NCBI GenBank assembly: GCA_048937405.1
Contig: JBHLNF010000001.1
Coordinates: 848,785-912,784 of the forward strand
Direction: 5' to 3'
From: Promethearchaeota archaeon
GTDB taxonomy: Archaea > Asgardarchaeota > Lokiarchaeia > Sigyniarchaeales > SOKP01
Length of the DNA stretch: 64,000 nucleotides
Notes under the pieces: generated by a model
Database searches by the model: none
What the model saw: the letters and a program-made list of their open reading frames with translations, nothing else
Told to the model about the DNA's origin: nothing
Shown: positions 1 through 10,142 of the stretch, piece after piece
How the letters are laid out: each line of letters starts with the position of its first letter
How positions within the stretch are numbered: position 1 is the stretch's first letter
Made by a program: the position numbers and the translations under genes

Positions 1-1
1 A

Positions 2-121
2 ATATTGAATAGTGGTTCTTGGCAGCACATGCAACCTTCTTTTATAGAAATTACTTCTGAAGGAAAATTGAATTTAAAGGGATATAATAAGAAAAAAGCA
101 AATTTTTTTAGTTTAACCTAA
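2..121 (+). CDS. C-terminal fragment of a probable metallophosphoesterase (runs in from window edge)
   Basis: Own translation of frame +2: ILNSGSWQHMQPSFIEITSEG...stop; NxGSW resembles the last motif of LpxH-like calcineurin-type phosphoesterases. Confidence 0.45.
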   Translation: MLNSGSWQHMQPSFIEITSEGKLNLKGYNKKKANFFSLT

Positions 122-432
122 AAAATTCATGAATTTATTTATATTCTCATGTCGAATTGTCTTATTTTTTTAAAAATTTTAAATATTAATGAAATTGAAT
201 CATATATTTAATTATGAAAGGTATTAGTAGCAATAATTGAATAATAGTCTGATAAAAATACTTCTTAATTCATGGTTCATTTAATTTAGATTTATTTTTA
301 TATGTTCAAAACTTATAAATCCCAGCTTTTATTTTTAATAATTATTAATTTTAAAATATAAGAATTCAATTATAAAAAACTAAAAATATCTATTACTTAA
401 ATTATATCAAGAATTAGGAGTCTTACCCAATC

Positions 433-1014
433 ATGCAAAAGTCCGAGGAAAAGCCTGTATATATATTTAAGTTTTGCATACTTGGTCAAGAACGTGTAGG
501 GAAAACATGTATTGCAAAAAGATTATGTTTTAATACCTTTGATGTCAATACTAAAGAAACATTAGGAATTGAGTTTTATACAAAAGACCTTCCAATAGTT
601 GTGGATGGTGAGAACTCATTTGTACGAATTAGTATCTGGGATTTTGGTGGACGAGAGCAATTCAAAAAATTATTTCCCTATTATATTAATGGAGCCAATG
701 GTATTTTCATGGTATTTAATTTAATAGACCTTCAAACATTACTAAGATTAGATTGGTGGTATGAAAAATTGGAAGAGTATGAGCAGTATAATACCCCGCG
801 AATGATAATAGGTGCAAAAAATGATCTTGTTATAACTGCAGATGAAAAAACTAGGGTTGATGATTTAGTTATTAAAAGATTTAAAGAAAGACATAAGGAA
901 ACGGATTTTTATAGAACTTCTTCTAAAGAAAACTTTAACATTGAATTAATCTTTAAAGAATTGGTTATTAGAGTTTTAGAGAAAAATAAATTAGATTATG
1001 ATCGATTGTTATAA
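433..1014 (+). CDS. Rab-like small GTPase
   Basis: G1 GQERVGKT, G2 TLGIEF, G3 WDFGG, G4 variant AKND, G5 TSSK; YYxGA motif; no C-terminal prenylation Cys. Confidence 0.9.
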   Translation: MQKSEEKPVYIFKFCILGQERVGKTCIAKRLCFNTFDVNTKETLGIEFYTKDLPIVVDGENSFVRISIWDFGGREQFKKLFPYYINGANGIFMVFNLIDLQTLLRLDWWYEKLEEYEQYNTPRMIIGAKNDLVITADEKTRVDDLVIKRFKERHKETDFYRTSSKENFNIELIFKELVIRVLEKNKLDYDRLL

Positions 1015-1169
1015 AGAAGTTTGTTATATAGTTTTTTTAAGACAAATCTTTTATCTATCATCATATATTTATATTTAGGGATCTAAATAAAAGATAATAC
1101 TAATTTTTCATGAATCAGTTGGAGATCTTTCAATTTTAAACAATCCTGGGAATAATTTAACCTTTTTAT

Positions 1170-2147
1170 TTAAAATAAAATGATAAGAACACCCAAAATT
1201 GTTAAAACTACTCCTAAAAAGCCCCATTTTGGTATTTTTTCCTTATTTATAAAATAAGTTAGCGGAAGTGCAAATAAAGGAGAAGCACTTGCGATTAAAG
1301 ATACAACACTAGCCCCAGCAATATGTACAGCTTCGGTATATAGATATGCTCCAAGTGAAGTACCAATTATAGAAGCAACTAATAAATAGATCCATGAGTT
1401 AAGCGATATCCTTTGCTTTAAGGAATCATTCTCTTTTTTCTTTAAATTATTTTCTCTCAATACCATTAAACCTAAGAGAGATAATGCAAATGGAAACCGG
1501 ATTACATTTCCTACGATAGAACTCAATTCTTCAACATTTATAATTTGATCTATTTGATTAGTTGCATAATCAATTAAGACAGCTCCTACAGCCCATCCTA
1601 GAGCTGCTGTAAGACAAAATGCTAATGCCTTCATAAAATTCTTTTCAAAGACTTTCTGAAATCTGGTTTTTATTGATCCTCGTGATGTCATATCCTTTTC
1701 CATTATTGAATTATCAGATTTATTTTTAGATTTTCCAATTATTATGATTCCAATTCCAATTAAAATTAGAGATAAAAGTAAATTCAGTTTTAAAGATTGT
1801 TTAAGAAAGATCATAGATAAAATAAAGGTAAAAATTGGAAAAATCATGGATATGGCAAGAGCTATTGTGGTCCCTAATTCCTTTTGAGCAGTAAAATAAG
1901 CAGTATCAGCAATTACCTGACCAAAAATGAAACTTAAAATTAATAATAACCACAATTCCCATGGTATAATTAGTATTAGATTGAATTGGTTTAAGAGAAT
2001 TATAATAAGTAGGAAAGTTAAAGTTCCAATTCCTGTTCGAAAGAAATTGATTAAAGTTGGACTAACTTCTTTTTCTGTTTTACGAAAAAGAACATTAGAT
2101 CCTGCAAAAGTTAGTACTGCTGAAATTGCAATAAGTTCCCCAAACAT
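1170..2147 (-). CDS. DMT/EamA family transporter
   Basis: About 10 TM helices in two repeats; GASVVSLIASASPLFA...KEK motif. Confidence 0.85.
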   Translation of the reverse strand: MFGELIAISAVLTFAGSNVLFRKTEKEVSPTLINFFRTGIGTLTFLLIIILLNQFNLILIIPWELWLLLILSFIFGQVIADTAYFTAQKELGTTIALAISMIFPIFTFILSMIFLKQSLKLNLLLSLILIGIGIIIIGKSKNKSDNSIMEKDMTSRGSIKTRFQKVFEKNFMKALAFCLTAALGWAVGAVLIDYATNQIDQIINVEELSSIVGNVIRFPFALSLLGLMVLRENNLKKKENDSLKQRISLNSWIYLLVASIIGTSLGAYLYTEAVHIAGASVVSLIASASPLFALPLTYFINKEKIPKWGFLGVVLTILGVLIILF

Positions 2148-2224
2148 TGAGCATATGAATTAAAGGAAACCTAAATTGTTTAGTATAATATCATACTCTG
2201 CAATAAAAATAAAAATGTTATGTA

Positions 2225-3691
2225 CTAATTATTTTTATTATGCAACATTGCTATTTTCTTTCCAAATTCATATAATTTTAAAAAAGATTTAGCTCCCCGT
2301 TCAATTGAAGGATAAACGATAAACCCATCATCAATAAGAAGTTCATAATAATCGTTGCGAATTTTCATTGGGGTTTCTGATAAAATTAATATCAAAATCT
2401 TATTTAAAGATTCAACATATTCTCTTATCTCCTTTAAATTGACATAATATTCTTTAAATCGTTCCTTATCTTCAAAACCAAAAGCATTTGTGTGCATAAT
2501 TACCAGATTAATATCTTCTGAAATCGCCGCTTTACATAAATCAACATAATGTTCTGATCGTGAAACCCATGGTAAGTCTAATGGATTATTGAGAGATCCT
2601 ATTTTAATTGGGAAGACTTTCATTAACCGTTCTTTAGTTTTTCCTTCAAATAAAGGTAAATTAAGTTTTAACCTTGTTAGAGTATCAGTATCAAGAATTC
2701 CTAATCCACCTGACCACATAATAACTAAGACATTTTTTCCTTTAGGATAATACTTGATCTGTTTTTCAAAAGTTAATTCTCTATATTTTTTAAAAAAACT
2801 ATCAAAAATGAACATATAATCAATCATTTCATCTAAACAGCTTCCTACTTCAATTAGAGATGTTTGATTAAATATTGCTCTCCATATTTTTTCATCTGAT
2901 CCCAAGGAACCAGTATGTGTTTGAACAGCAGATTGAGCGCGCTTAGTCATACCACCACGTAAAAATAATATTGGTTTTTTCACTTTCTTTAACCTCTTAA
3001 GTAATTCTTTTCCTGCTGATTTTTGATATTTTGAAAAACCTTCAAAATAAATACTAATTAAGTCAATTTCATCATCTTTCTCGAAATAATCTAAAAAATC
3101 GGTTACTTGCAAACTTACACAATTTCCTATACTAGCTCCTTTCGAAAATGTAAGGCGATATCTACTATATCCATAGTTTATAGCTCTTGAATGTAAATCA
3201 CCAGAATGATAAATTAAACCTATATTCCCCTTATCTAGGGGGAATCTAGGAAGGTATGCTGTTTTCCCACTGGGACAATACACACCCATGCAATTTGGAC
3301 CTATTGCTTTTATACTAGGGTGATTATCAAAAAAGTTTTTCAATTGTTTTTCAATATTTGCTCCAATTTCATCAAATTCTCCTGTTCCTGCAGTAAAAAT
3401 GTGTATAAATTCAATTTTCTTTATGTCTGTAATTTCTTCTAAAGTTCTTAAAAGAATATCTCTTCTAACAGCTAAAATCAGTAAATCAATTGTATCATCA
3501 GGTATATCTTCAATCTTTTTATAACACTCAATTCCAAAGATTTCTCTCTCAGTTGGTGATATTAGATATAATTTCTCTAAATCATATCCTTGCATTTTAA
3601 AGCCCTCAATAAAAAACTTATATCTCTCTTTTGCTTCAAATATTACTACATTTCGGGGTTTAAATAAAAGATCTAATGATTTTTTTTCCAC
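2225..3691 (-). CDS. Acyl-CoA synthetase (NDP-forming) alpha-subunit-like CoA-binding protein
   Basis: IGPNCMG, SIGN, HTGSLG (phospho-His), SGGLG, NNPLD motifs; TTG start. Confidence 0.8.
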   Translation of the reverse strand: MEKKSLDLLFKPRNVVIFEAKERYKFFIEGFKMQGYDLEKLYLISPTEREIFGIECYKKIEDIPDDTIDLLILAVRRDILLRTLEEITDIKKIEFIHIFTAGTGEFDEIGANIEKQLKNFFDNHPSIKAIGPNCMGVYCPSGKTAYLPRFPLDKGNIGLIYHSGDLHSRAINYGYSRYRLTFSKGASIGNCVSLQVTDFLDYFEKDDEIDLISIYFEGFSKYQKSAGKELLKRLKKVKKPILFLRGGMTKRAQSAVQTHTGSLGSDEKIWRAIFNQTSLIEVGSCLDEMIDYMFIFDSFFKKYRELTFEKQIKYYPKGKNVLVIMWSGGLGILDTDTLTRLKLNLPLFEGKTKERLMKVFPIKIGSLNNPLDLPWVSRSEHYVDLCKAAISEDINLVIMHTNAFGFEDKERFKEYYVNLKEIREYVESLNKILILILSETPMKIRNDYYELLIDDGFIVYPSIERGAKSFLKLYEFGKKIAMLHNKNN

Positions 3692-3936
3692 AATACTTAC
3701 CTTTTATAATATCCATCAATTAACTGGGATTATAATGATTTAATATTAAGTTAAAATATCTTATTAAGCATTAGATTTAGAGTTTTGGATTTTTTTATAT
3801 ATAATAAATGAGATTTGATGTAGATTTACTATGTTGAGAATTTCAAGAAAAGAGTAAAAATTTGAATATATATGACTTTTTCTTGTAATTATTATAATTT
3901 CAAAAATAGATTGTCCCTAATACCAATGTATACATT

Positions 3937-4545
3937 CTACTTTTTTTTTTTACTCTCATTGTTACTTGACATTGTTAAATCCATATTACAATTATAGCAA
4001 AATTTGGGGATAGAATCAAATATGGTTCCACAATTAGGACATTCACTTTTATTTTTGTTTGCTACAATAAATAAATCTTCAATCTGAGATTCAATTTCAA
4101 TCTTTTTAAGTTTTTTCAATAGTAAAGAAAGGAAAATTGAGAATCCAATAATTACAATCCCAAGTATGATTGATTGACCAAGAAGAGGATAGAAATTTGA
4201 TTTAAAATATAATTTTGACTTTTTTTTTAAAAATACGTAAAAAAAAAAGCAGGGAAAGAATAATGTTGAGAGATTCATTGAAGAAGCCTTTTTGAAATTG
4301 TTAAATAGAAATATTGGAATTAGTGATATTAAAAGCCAGCTTATGTATATAAAATAAAAACCTTGTAAATTATCAAACAAAGTTAAGTTTGCTAAGTATT
4401 GTATTATAAATTCTTGAGCTTTTGTGGTTTCATCATCAAAATTTATAGTCGTCTCATTTCCAACTATAAAAAATAAAATATTTAGAAGGAGTATTTGAAG
4501 AGTAAATATGATTATTCTATTTCTTAAAATATCAATTATCTTCAT
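3937..4545 (-). CDS. Membrane protein with C-terminal zinc ribbon
   Basis: About 4 hydrophobic segments then CPNC...CYNC. Confidence 0.7.
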   Translation of the reverse strand: MKIIDILRNRIIIFTLQILLLNILFFIVGNETTINFDDETTKAQEFIIQYLANLTLFDNLQGFYFIYISWLLISLIPIFLFNNFKKASSMNLSTLFFPCFFFYVFLKKKSKLYFKSNFYPLLGQSIILGIVIIGFSIFLSLLLKKLKKIEIESQIEDLFIVANKNKSECPNCGTIFDSIPKFCYNCNMDLTMSSNNESKKKK

Positions 4546-4916
4546 TATTATGTAATTAAATTTGTTTATAAATTAAATTCTTTTTTAGAAATTAAAAATT
4601 CGGAGGACAAAATTTTTCAAATATTTATTTTAATTCAAATTTAGACACAAAATCTTTTTAAAATCTAAATTTAGATACATTAAAACTTGGATTTAGAATA
4701 CATTTAATTTTATTAAGTAATAGAATTATATTAGTATTGCCCAAAACAATAAAATTTTTAATATTTCCTTCCTATTATTAATTACAGTGGAAGAATTATT
4801 TTCTTATTTTTTAAAATTAGTATTTTATAATTGTTATAAAGGATGTTTTCTCCCATGATTTGTACTTCTTCTTCAAAATTAATAGGTGAAATAAACATTA
4901 TTGAGGTCTTATTTTT

Positions 4917-7838
4917 ATGAGTTATACCTTTTCAAGAATGAAAATGATTGAAAAAATCAAATTTGGACTTTTAAGCCCTAATGAGATACGTAAAATGTCA
5001 GCAGCCCGTATAATTACCGCGGATACTTATGACGAGGATGGGCTCCCGATACCAAGCGGACTTATGGACCAAAGATTGGGTACCATCGAACCTGGACAAC
5101 GCTGTCAAACCTGTGGTAATCTCGTATCAAATTGTATGGGGCACTTCGGACATATAGAATTGGCAAGACCTGTTATTCACGTTGGATATGCAAAAAAGGT
5201 TTTAAAAGTTCTAAGGAGTATATGTCCTGAATGTAGCAAATTAATGCTTACTGAAGAGGAAAAAGAAAAATTCAGACAAGAACAACAACAGCATCGGAAA
5301 ATATTTTTTGAAGGTGATGAGGATGCTGCAAAGATTGTATTTAAAAGGGCTAGAAAAACTAAAATTTGTCCATATTGTGAATCAAAAAAGAAGAAGATAA
5401 TTATCGAAAAACCAACTACTTTTTATGAAGAAGAAGAAGGAAAAGGTTCACGGAGAATAACACCAATTGAGATTTTAGAACGCTTAAAAAAAATTGGTGA
5501 TGCTGATCTTAGAATACTTGGTATTTCTCCTGAAAATGCACGTCTTGAATGGGTTGTATTTACAGTATTACCAATTCCTCCAGTGTGTGCGAGACCGTCA
5601 ATTACTTTAGATAGTGGTATTCGTTCTGAAGATGATCTAACTCATAAATTGGTTGATGTTATTCGAATTAATCAAAGATTGAGAGAAAATATTGATGCTG
5701 GAGCTCCACATTTAATAGTTGAAGATCTCTGGGAATTATTACAATATCATATCACAACTTATTTTGATAATCAAGTTTCTGGGATTCCTCCTGCTAGACA
5801 TCGTTCTGGGAGAGCTCTTAGAACATTAACTCAGAGATTAAAAGGCAAGGAGGGCAGATTTAGGAGCAATCTCAGTGGAAAGAGAGTTGATTTTTCTGCT
5901 CGTAGTGTTATATCACCAAATCCTTATATAAGCATTAATGAAGTGGGAGTACCAATTGAAATCGCAAAAATTTTAACGATCCCTACTAATGTTAATGATT
6001 GGAATATTGAAGAAATGAAACAAATGGTCTTAAATGGACCCTTTAAACATCCTGGCGCAAATTATATTATTCGTAATGATCGGAGAAGAATCGATCTTAG
6101 ATATGTAAAAAACAGGAAAATTATTGCTGATATGTTAGCACCAGGATTTACTATTGAACGGCATCTAAATGATGGAGATTTAGTGCTATTCAATCGTCAA
6201 CCTTCACTTCATAGAATGTCAATAATGGCTCATGAGGTAAGAATCATGGAAGGAAGAACTTTTCGATTAAATTTAACTGTATGTCCACCATATAATGCTG
6301 ATTTTGATGGAGATGAAATGAATTTACATGTACCACAAAGTGAAGAAGCTCGTACAGAAGCAGAGTTACTTCTTAAAGTTCAAGAACATATCTTATCTCC
6401 GCGATTTGGAGGTCCAATTCTTGGGGGTATCCAAGACTTTATTTCAAGTGTGTTTCAATTTACTAGTAAGGATTCATTATATAGTAAAAAGGATACTTTA
6501 AAACTTTTATATATTGGTGACGTATATAAAAATAATCCAAATTTTAATTTTAATCAACTTATTCCAGTAACAACTGATCCAGAACCTAAATATTCTGGAA
6601 AACAAATTTTCAGTACATTATTTCCTGATGATCTTAATATTAAAGTAAAATCAAAATTTTGCAAGAAATGTGAGGTATGTGAGGAAGAGGATTGTCCTTA
6701 TGATGCATATGTTGTTATAAGAAATGGTCAATTGATAAAAGGAACAATCGATGAAAATTCATTTGGTGCTATGCAATCAAATAGTATTTTGCAGCGTATC
6801 ATAAAAGATCATGGTAATGCTCTAGGTAGACAATTCTTGGATAGCGCCACTAAAATGCTCTTGTATGTTATTAGACAAAATGGAATGACTATGGGATTAG
6901 ACGAGGTTTATGTACATGGACATGCATATGAAGAAATTCAAAGGATTCTACAAGAAGCAAATACTGAATCTGAGAAGTTAATTGACGCCTTCTATAACAA
7001 TGATACGAAAACTTTAAGAAGAGCGCCAGGACGTTCAATGAGGGAGACATTAGAATTAAGGATCAGACAGGTATTAGCAGAAGCCAGAAAAAAAGCAGAA
7101 GAAACTGCAGCCGAATTCATTGGAGATGAAGCTCATTCGGTTATTATGACTAAATCTGGAGCGCGAGGTAATATTTTAAATTTGGGACAAATGTCTGCAG
7201 TTGTTGGACAACAGGCAATTAGGGGCGAAAGAATTAATCGAGGATATAGTATGCGAACTTTACCTCATTTTAAGATTAACGATCTGACTCCTAAATCTAG
7301 AGGTTTTGTTTCTTCTTCTTATAGAAATGGATTAAAACCGGTAGAATTCTTTTTTCATGCAATGGGAGGAAGAGAAGGATTAGTTGATACGGCAGTAAGA
7401 ACATCTACATCTGGTTATATGCAACGAAGATTAGTAAATGCATTACAAGATATGGTAATAGAGAATGATGGTACTGTCAGAAATTCGGATAAAAATGTTA
7501 TCCAGTTTACATTTGGAGATGATGGCGTGGAACCTACTCATACAGATCATGGAAAAGCAGTAAATCTAGATGTATTATTGCTTAAAGCAAAAGCTCTTGA
7601 TGTAGACGCAATTCGCGAAGAAATTAAAAAAGATTCCAAAACAACTAAATCAACTTCAAAAAAAGAAAAAATCTCTGAAGAAAAACCAGTTAAAACTACT
7701 AAAACAAAACCACAAAAAAAAGAATTAAATGAAGAAGACTTGATAAAACAATTTAGTGATGAAACTGGTAAAAATGCTATATGGCGAGGGAAAGAAACCA
7801 AGGCTTATTTAGATTGGAAAACCGAAAAATTTGGATAA
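4917..7838 (+). CDS. rpoA1: DNA-directed RNA polymerase subunit A' (Rpo1N)
   Basis: NADFDGD catalytic motif, CxxC...C.GH.GH clamp Zn site, GKRVDFSAR, TAVRTSTSGY. Confidence 0.98.
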   Translation: MSYTFSRMKMIEKIKFGLLSPNEIRKMSAARIITADTYDEDGLPIPSGLMDQRLGTIEPGQRCQTCGNLVSNCMGHFGHIELARPVIHVGYAKKVLKVLRSICPECSKLMLTEEEKEKFRQEQQQHRKIFFEGDEDAAKIVFKRARKTKICPYCESKKKKIIIEKPTTFYEEEEGKGSRRITPIEILERLKKIGDADLRILGISPENARLEWVVFTVLPIPPVCARPSITLDSGIRSEDDLTHKLVDVIRINQRLRENIDAGAPHLIVEDLWELLQYHITTYFDNQVSGIPPARHRSGRALRTLTQRLKGKEGRFRSNLSGKRVDFSARSVISPNPYISINEVGVPIEIAKILTIPTNVNDWNIEEMKQMVLNGPFKHPGANYIIRNDRRRIDLRYVKNRKIIADMLAPGFTIERHLNDGDLVLFNRQPSLHRMSIMAHEVRIMEGRTFRLNLTVCPPYNADFDGDEMNLHVPQSEEARTEAELLLKVQEHILSPRFGGPILGGIQDFISSVFQFTSKDSLYSKKDTLKLLYIGDVYKNNPNFNFNQLIPVTTDPEPKYSGKQIFSTLFPDDLNIKVKSKFCKKCEVCEEEDCPYDAYVVIRNGQLIKGTIDENSFGAMQSNSILQRIIKDHGNALGRQFLDSATKMLLYVIRQNGMTMGLDEVYVHGHAYEEIQRILQEANTESEKLIDAFYNNDTKTLRRAPGRSMRETLELRIRQVLAEARKKAEETAAEFIGDEAHSVIMTKSGARGNILNLGQMSAVVGQQAIRGERINRGYSMRTLPHFKINDLTPKSRGFVSSSYRNGLKPVEFFFHAMGGREGLVDTAVRTSTSGYMQRRLVNALQDMVIENDGTVRNSDKNVIQFTFGDDGVEPTHTDHGKAVNLDVLLLKAKALDVDAIREEIKKDSKTTKSTSKKEKISEEKPVKTTKTKPQKKELNEEDLIKQFSDETGKNAIWRGKETKAYLDWKTEKFG

Positions 7839-7870
7839 ATATTTTATTTTAAAAAGAAGGGATTTTAATA

Positions 7871-9073
7871 ATGGTTAAAACAACTACAAAATATTTGGAT
7901 GAACAACTTGCTATTCTTAAAGAGGATGGAATTCCTGAAGATTTAATAAATCTAATAAGAGAAAGAGTAATCGATGAGGATTTAGAGGAAGAGCAACTTG
8001 AATATCTATTAAATAAGATCTATATTAATTTTAGTAATGCTCTTGTAGAAACTTCAGAACCAGTAGGAACAGTTGCTGCTCAATCTATTGGTGAACCTGG
8101 AACACAAATGACACTAAGAACTTTTCATTACGCAGGTGTAGAAGAATTCTCTGTCACTCAAGGGTTACCTCGTCTTATTGAAATTGTGGATGCTCGTCGT
8201 TTTCCTAGTACTCCTCAAATGACAATTTATTTAGAAAACCCATATAATGAAAGCGAAGTTAAAGCAATTGAAGTTCATAATCGAATAGAACAAATTCGTA
8301 TACAACAAATAACCCATGATGTTGATCTTGATTTTGTCAATTGGAATATAGTAATTAACTTAATCCCAGAAATTTGTAAGAAAAAAGGAATTGAAATTGA
8401 CGAAATTCCTGATATTTTAAAGCGCTATAAAAAAAAGGGAACAATTAAACGTGAAGGAAATTCGATAATTATTGATCCAGGAATAGAAGATCTGCAAAGT
8501 TTACAAAAATTAAGGGAAAAAATTCTTAAAAAAGTTGTAAAGGGTATTAGAGGTGTAAAAAGAGGATTATTGACTCCTTCTGACAATGGAAAAGAATGGA
8601 TAATAAAAACTGAAGGTACTAACATGCAAGGTGTAATACAAATTGAAGGAGTAGATGTTACAAGAACAACCTCAAACCATATTCATGAAATTGAAAAATT
8701 ATATGGTGTTGAAGCAGCACGACAAATGATAATAATAGAATCTCAAAAAGTACTTGAGCAACAAGGTTTAGATGTGGATTTAAGACATTTATTAATTTTG
8801 GCTGATTTAATGTGTTATTCTGGATCTATTCAATCTATTGGTAGACATGGAATATCAGGCTCAAAATCAAGTGTATTCGCTCGGGCGGCTTTTGAGGTCA
8901 CTGTGAATCAATTACTTGATGCTGGATTATATGGTGAAGAAGAACGATTACTTGGGATTCCAGAAAACGTTATAGTAGGACAGATTTCACCAATTGGTTC
9001 GGGACGTGTAAACGTAATGTTTGATCTGGATGCTAACCTAGATTTATTAAAAAAGAAAAAGAAAAAGACTTAG
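7871..9073 (+). CDS. rpoA2: DNA-directed RNA polymerase subunit A'' (Rpo1C)
   Basis: [30 protein letters not shown] motifs. Confidence 0.98.
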   Translation: MVKTTTKYLDEQLAILKEDGIPEDLINLIRERVIDEDLEEEQLEYLLNKIYINFSNALVETSEPVGTVAAQSIGEPGTQMTLRTFHYAGVEEFSVTQGLPRLIEIVDARRFPSTPQMTIYLENPYNESEVKAIEVHNRIEQIRIQQITHDVDLDFVNWNIVINLIPEICKKKGIEIDEIPDILKRYKKKGTIKREGNSIIIDPGIEDLQSLQKLREKILKKVVKGIRGVKRGLLTPSDNGKEWIIKTEGTNMQGVIQIEGVDVTRTTSNHIHEIEKLYGVEAARQMIIIESQKVLEQQGLDVDLRHLLILADLMCYSGSIQSIGRHGISGSKSSVFARAAFEVTVNQLLDAGLYGEEERLLGIPENVIVGQISPIGSGRVNVMFDLDANLDLLKKKKKKT

Positions 9074-9179
9074 TTAATCAAAAACTTTTATTTATCAAAA
9101 AATAACATTAATAAGCTTTAAAAAAAAGTTAAAAAGTATTATATGTTTACTAATTATATAGATACTGATTGAAATTACT

Positions 9180-9554
9180 ATGGCAAAAAGAAAAACCAAA
9201 ACAGATACTACGAAACTTGATCTAAGCAGGAAAAAAACTAAGGAATTTGATATTGATACCAATATTAAAGTTGCTTATAAAACCGGTAAAATCTTATATG
9301 GAAAAAATCAAGTAATGAAAAACCTGTTTAGAGATAATCCTTTTAAAATGCTTATTATTAGTAATAATTGTCCAATAGAATTACTGAATCAAATAAATCA
9401 TTTTAATTCTCTCTTAAAAGATAAACTTTTTATCTATAAATATAATGGATCGAGTTGGGATTTAGGATTAGCTTGTGCCAAACCTTATATGATTTCTCTT
9501 ATTGGTGTAATTAATTTTGGAGATTCCGACTTAAAAGCATTAAAAACTAAATGA
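9180..9554 (+). CDS. rpl30e: 50S ribosomal protein L30e
   Basis: KTGK..YG, NNCP, GSSWDLGLACAKPY; canonical position after rpoA2. Confidence 0.92.
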   Translation: MAKRKTKTDTTKLDLSRKKTKEFDIDTNIKVAYKTGKILYGKNQVMKNLFRDNPFKMLIISNNCPIELLNQINHFNSLLKDKLFIYKYNGSSWDLGLACAKPYMISLIGVINFGDSDLKALKTK

Positions 9555-9582
9555 TTTAAATTAGATTTAACTTGAGATCGGC

Positions 9583-10059
9583 ATGCTAAAGAAGAATATT
9601 AAAATTGATCGGGAATCAATGGAACTTATTTCCTTATTCAATAATATTTCAGGTGCTATAATCAAAGATTGTTTGATTTTTAAATCAAACGATAATGGAA
9701 CTGAAATTATTATTTTTCTAGTAAAGGAAGAGGATGTTGGGAAAGCTATAGGAAAAGCTGGTGAACATGTCAAAGATCTGAAATCAAAACTTAATAAAAA
9801 GATAGACGTCATTGCCTTTTCTGAGAATCTCAATAAATTTATCCAAAACATCTTGCAAACTTCTAAAAATTCTGTTATAGTTCAAAATATTGAAATAAAA
9901 GAAAGTAAAACCCAAAAAAAGACAGTGATTATAAGTGTACGACCCCAAGATCGTGGAAAAGCCATTGGAAAAGATGGTTCAATGATAAGAAAAATAAAAG
10001 AATTGGTTTTAAGACATTTTGAAGTGGATAATGTAATTATTAACACTAAGAATATCTGA
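9583..10059 (+). CDS. nusA: Archaeal NusA (two KH domains)
   Basis: Two GKAIGKxG KH motifs; operon position. Confidence 0.93.
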   Translation: MLKKNIKIDRESMELISLFNNISGAIIKDCLIFKSNDNGTEIIIFLVKEEDVGKAIGKAGEHVKDLKSKLNKKIDVIAFSENLNKFIQNILQTSKNSVIVQNIEIKESKTQKKTVIISVRPQDRGKAIGKDGSMIRKIKELVLRHFEVDNVIINTKNI

Positions 10060-10142
10060 TTGGCGTGCTTAAAAGTCATACTTATAATTTAATACTAATT
10101 TAATCATTAAATTACTCATTAGAGGACATTATTATTTCAAAA

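Noticed and set aside
6655-6705. CKKCEVCEEEDC cluster in Rpo1N as a novel insertion
   Set aside because: A Cys-rich Zn site at this position is common in archaeal A' subunits
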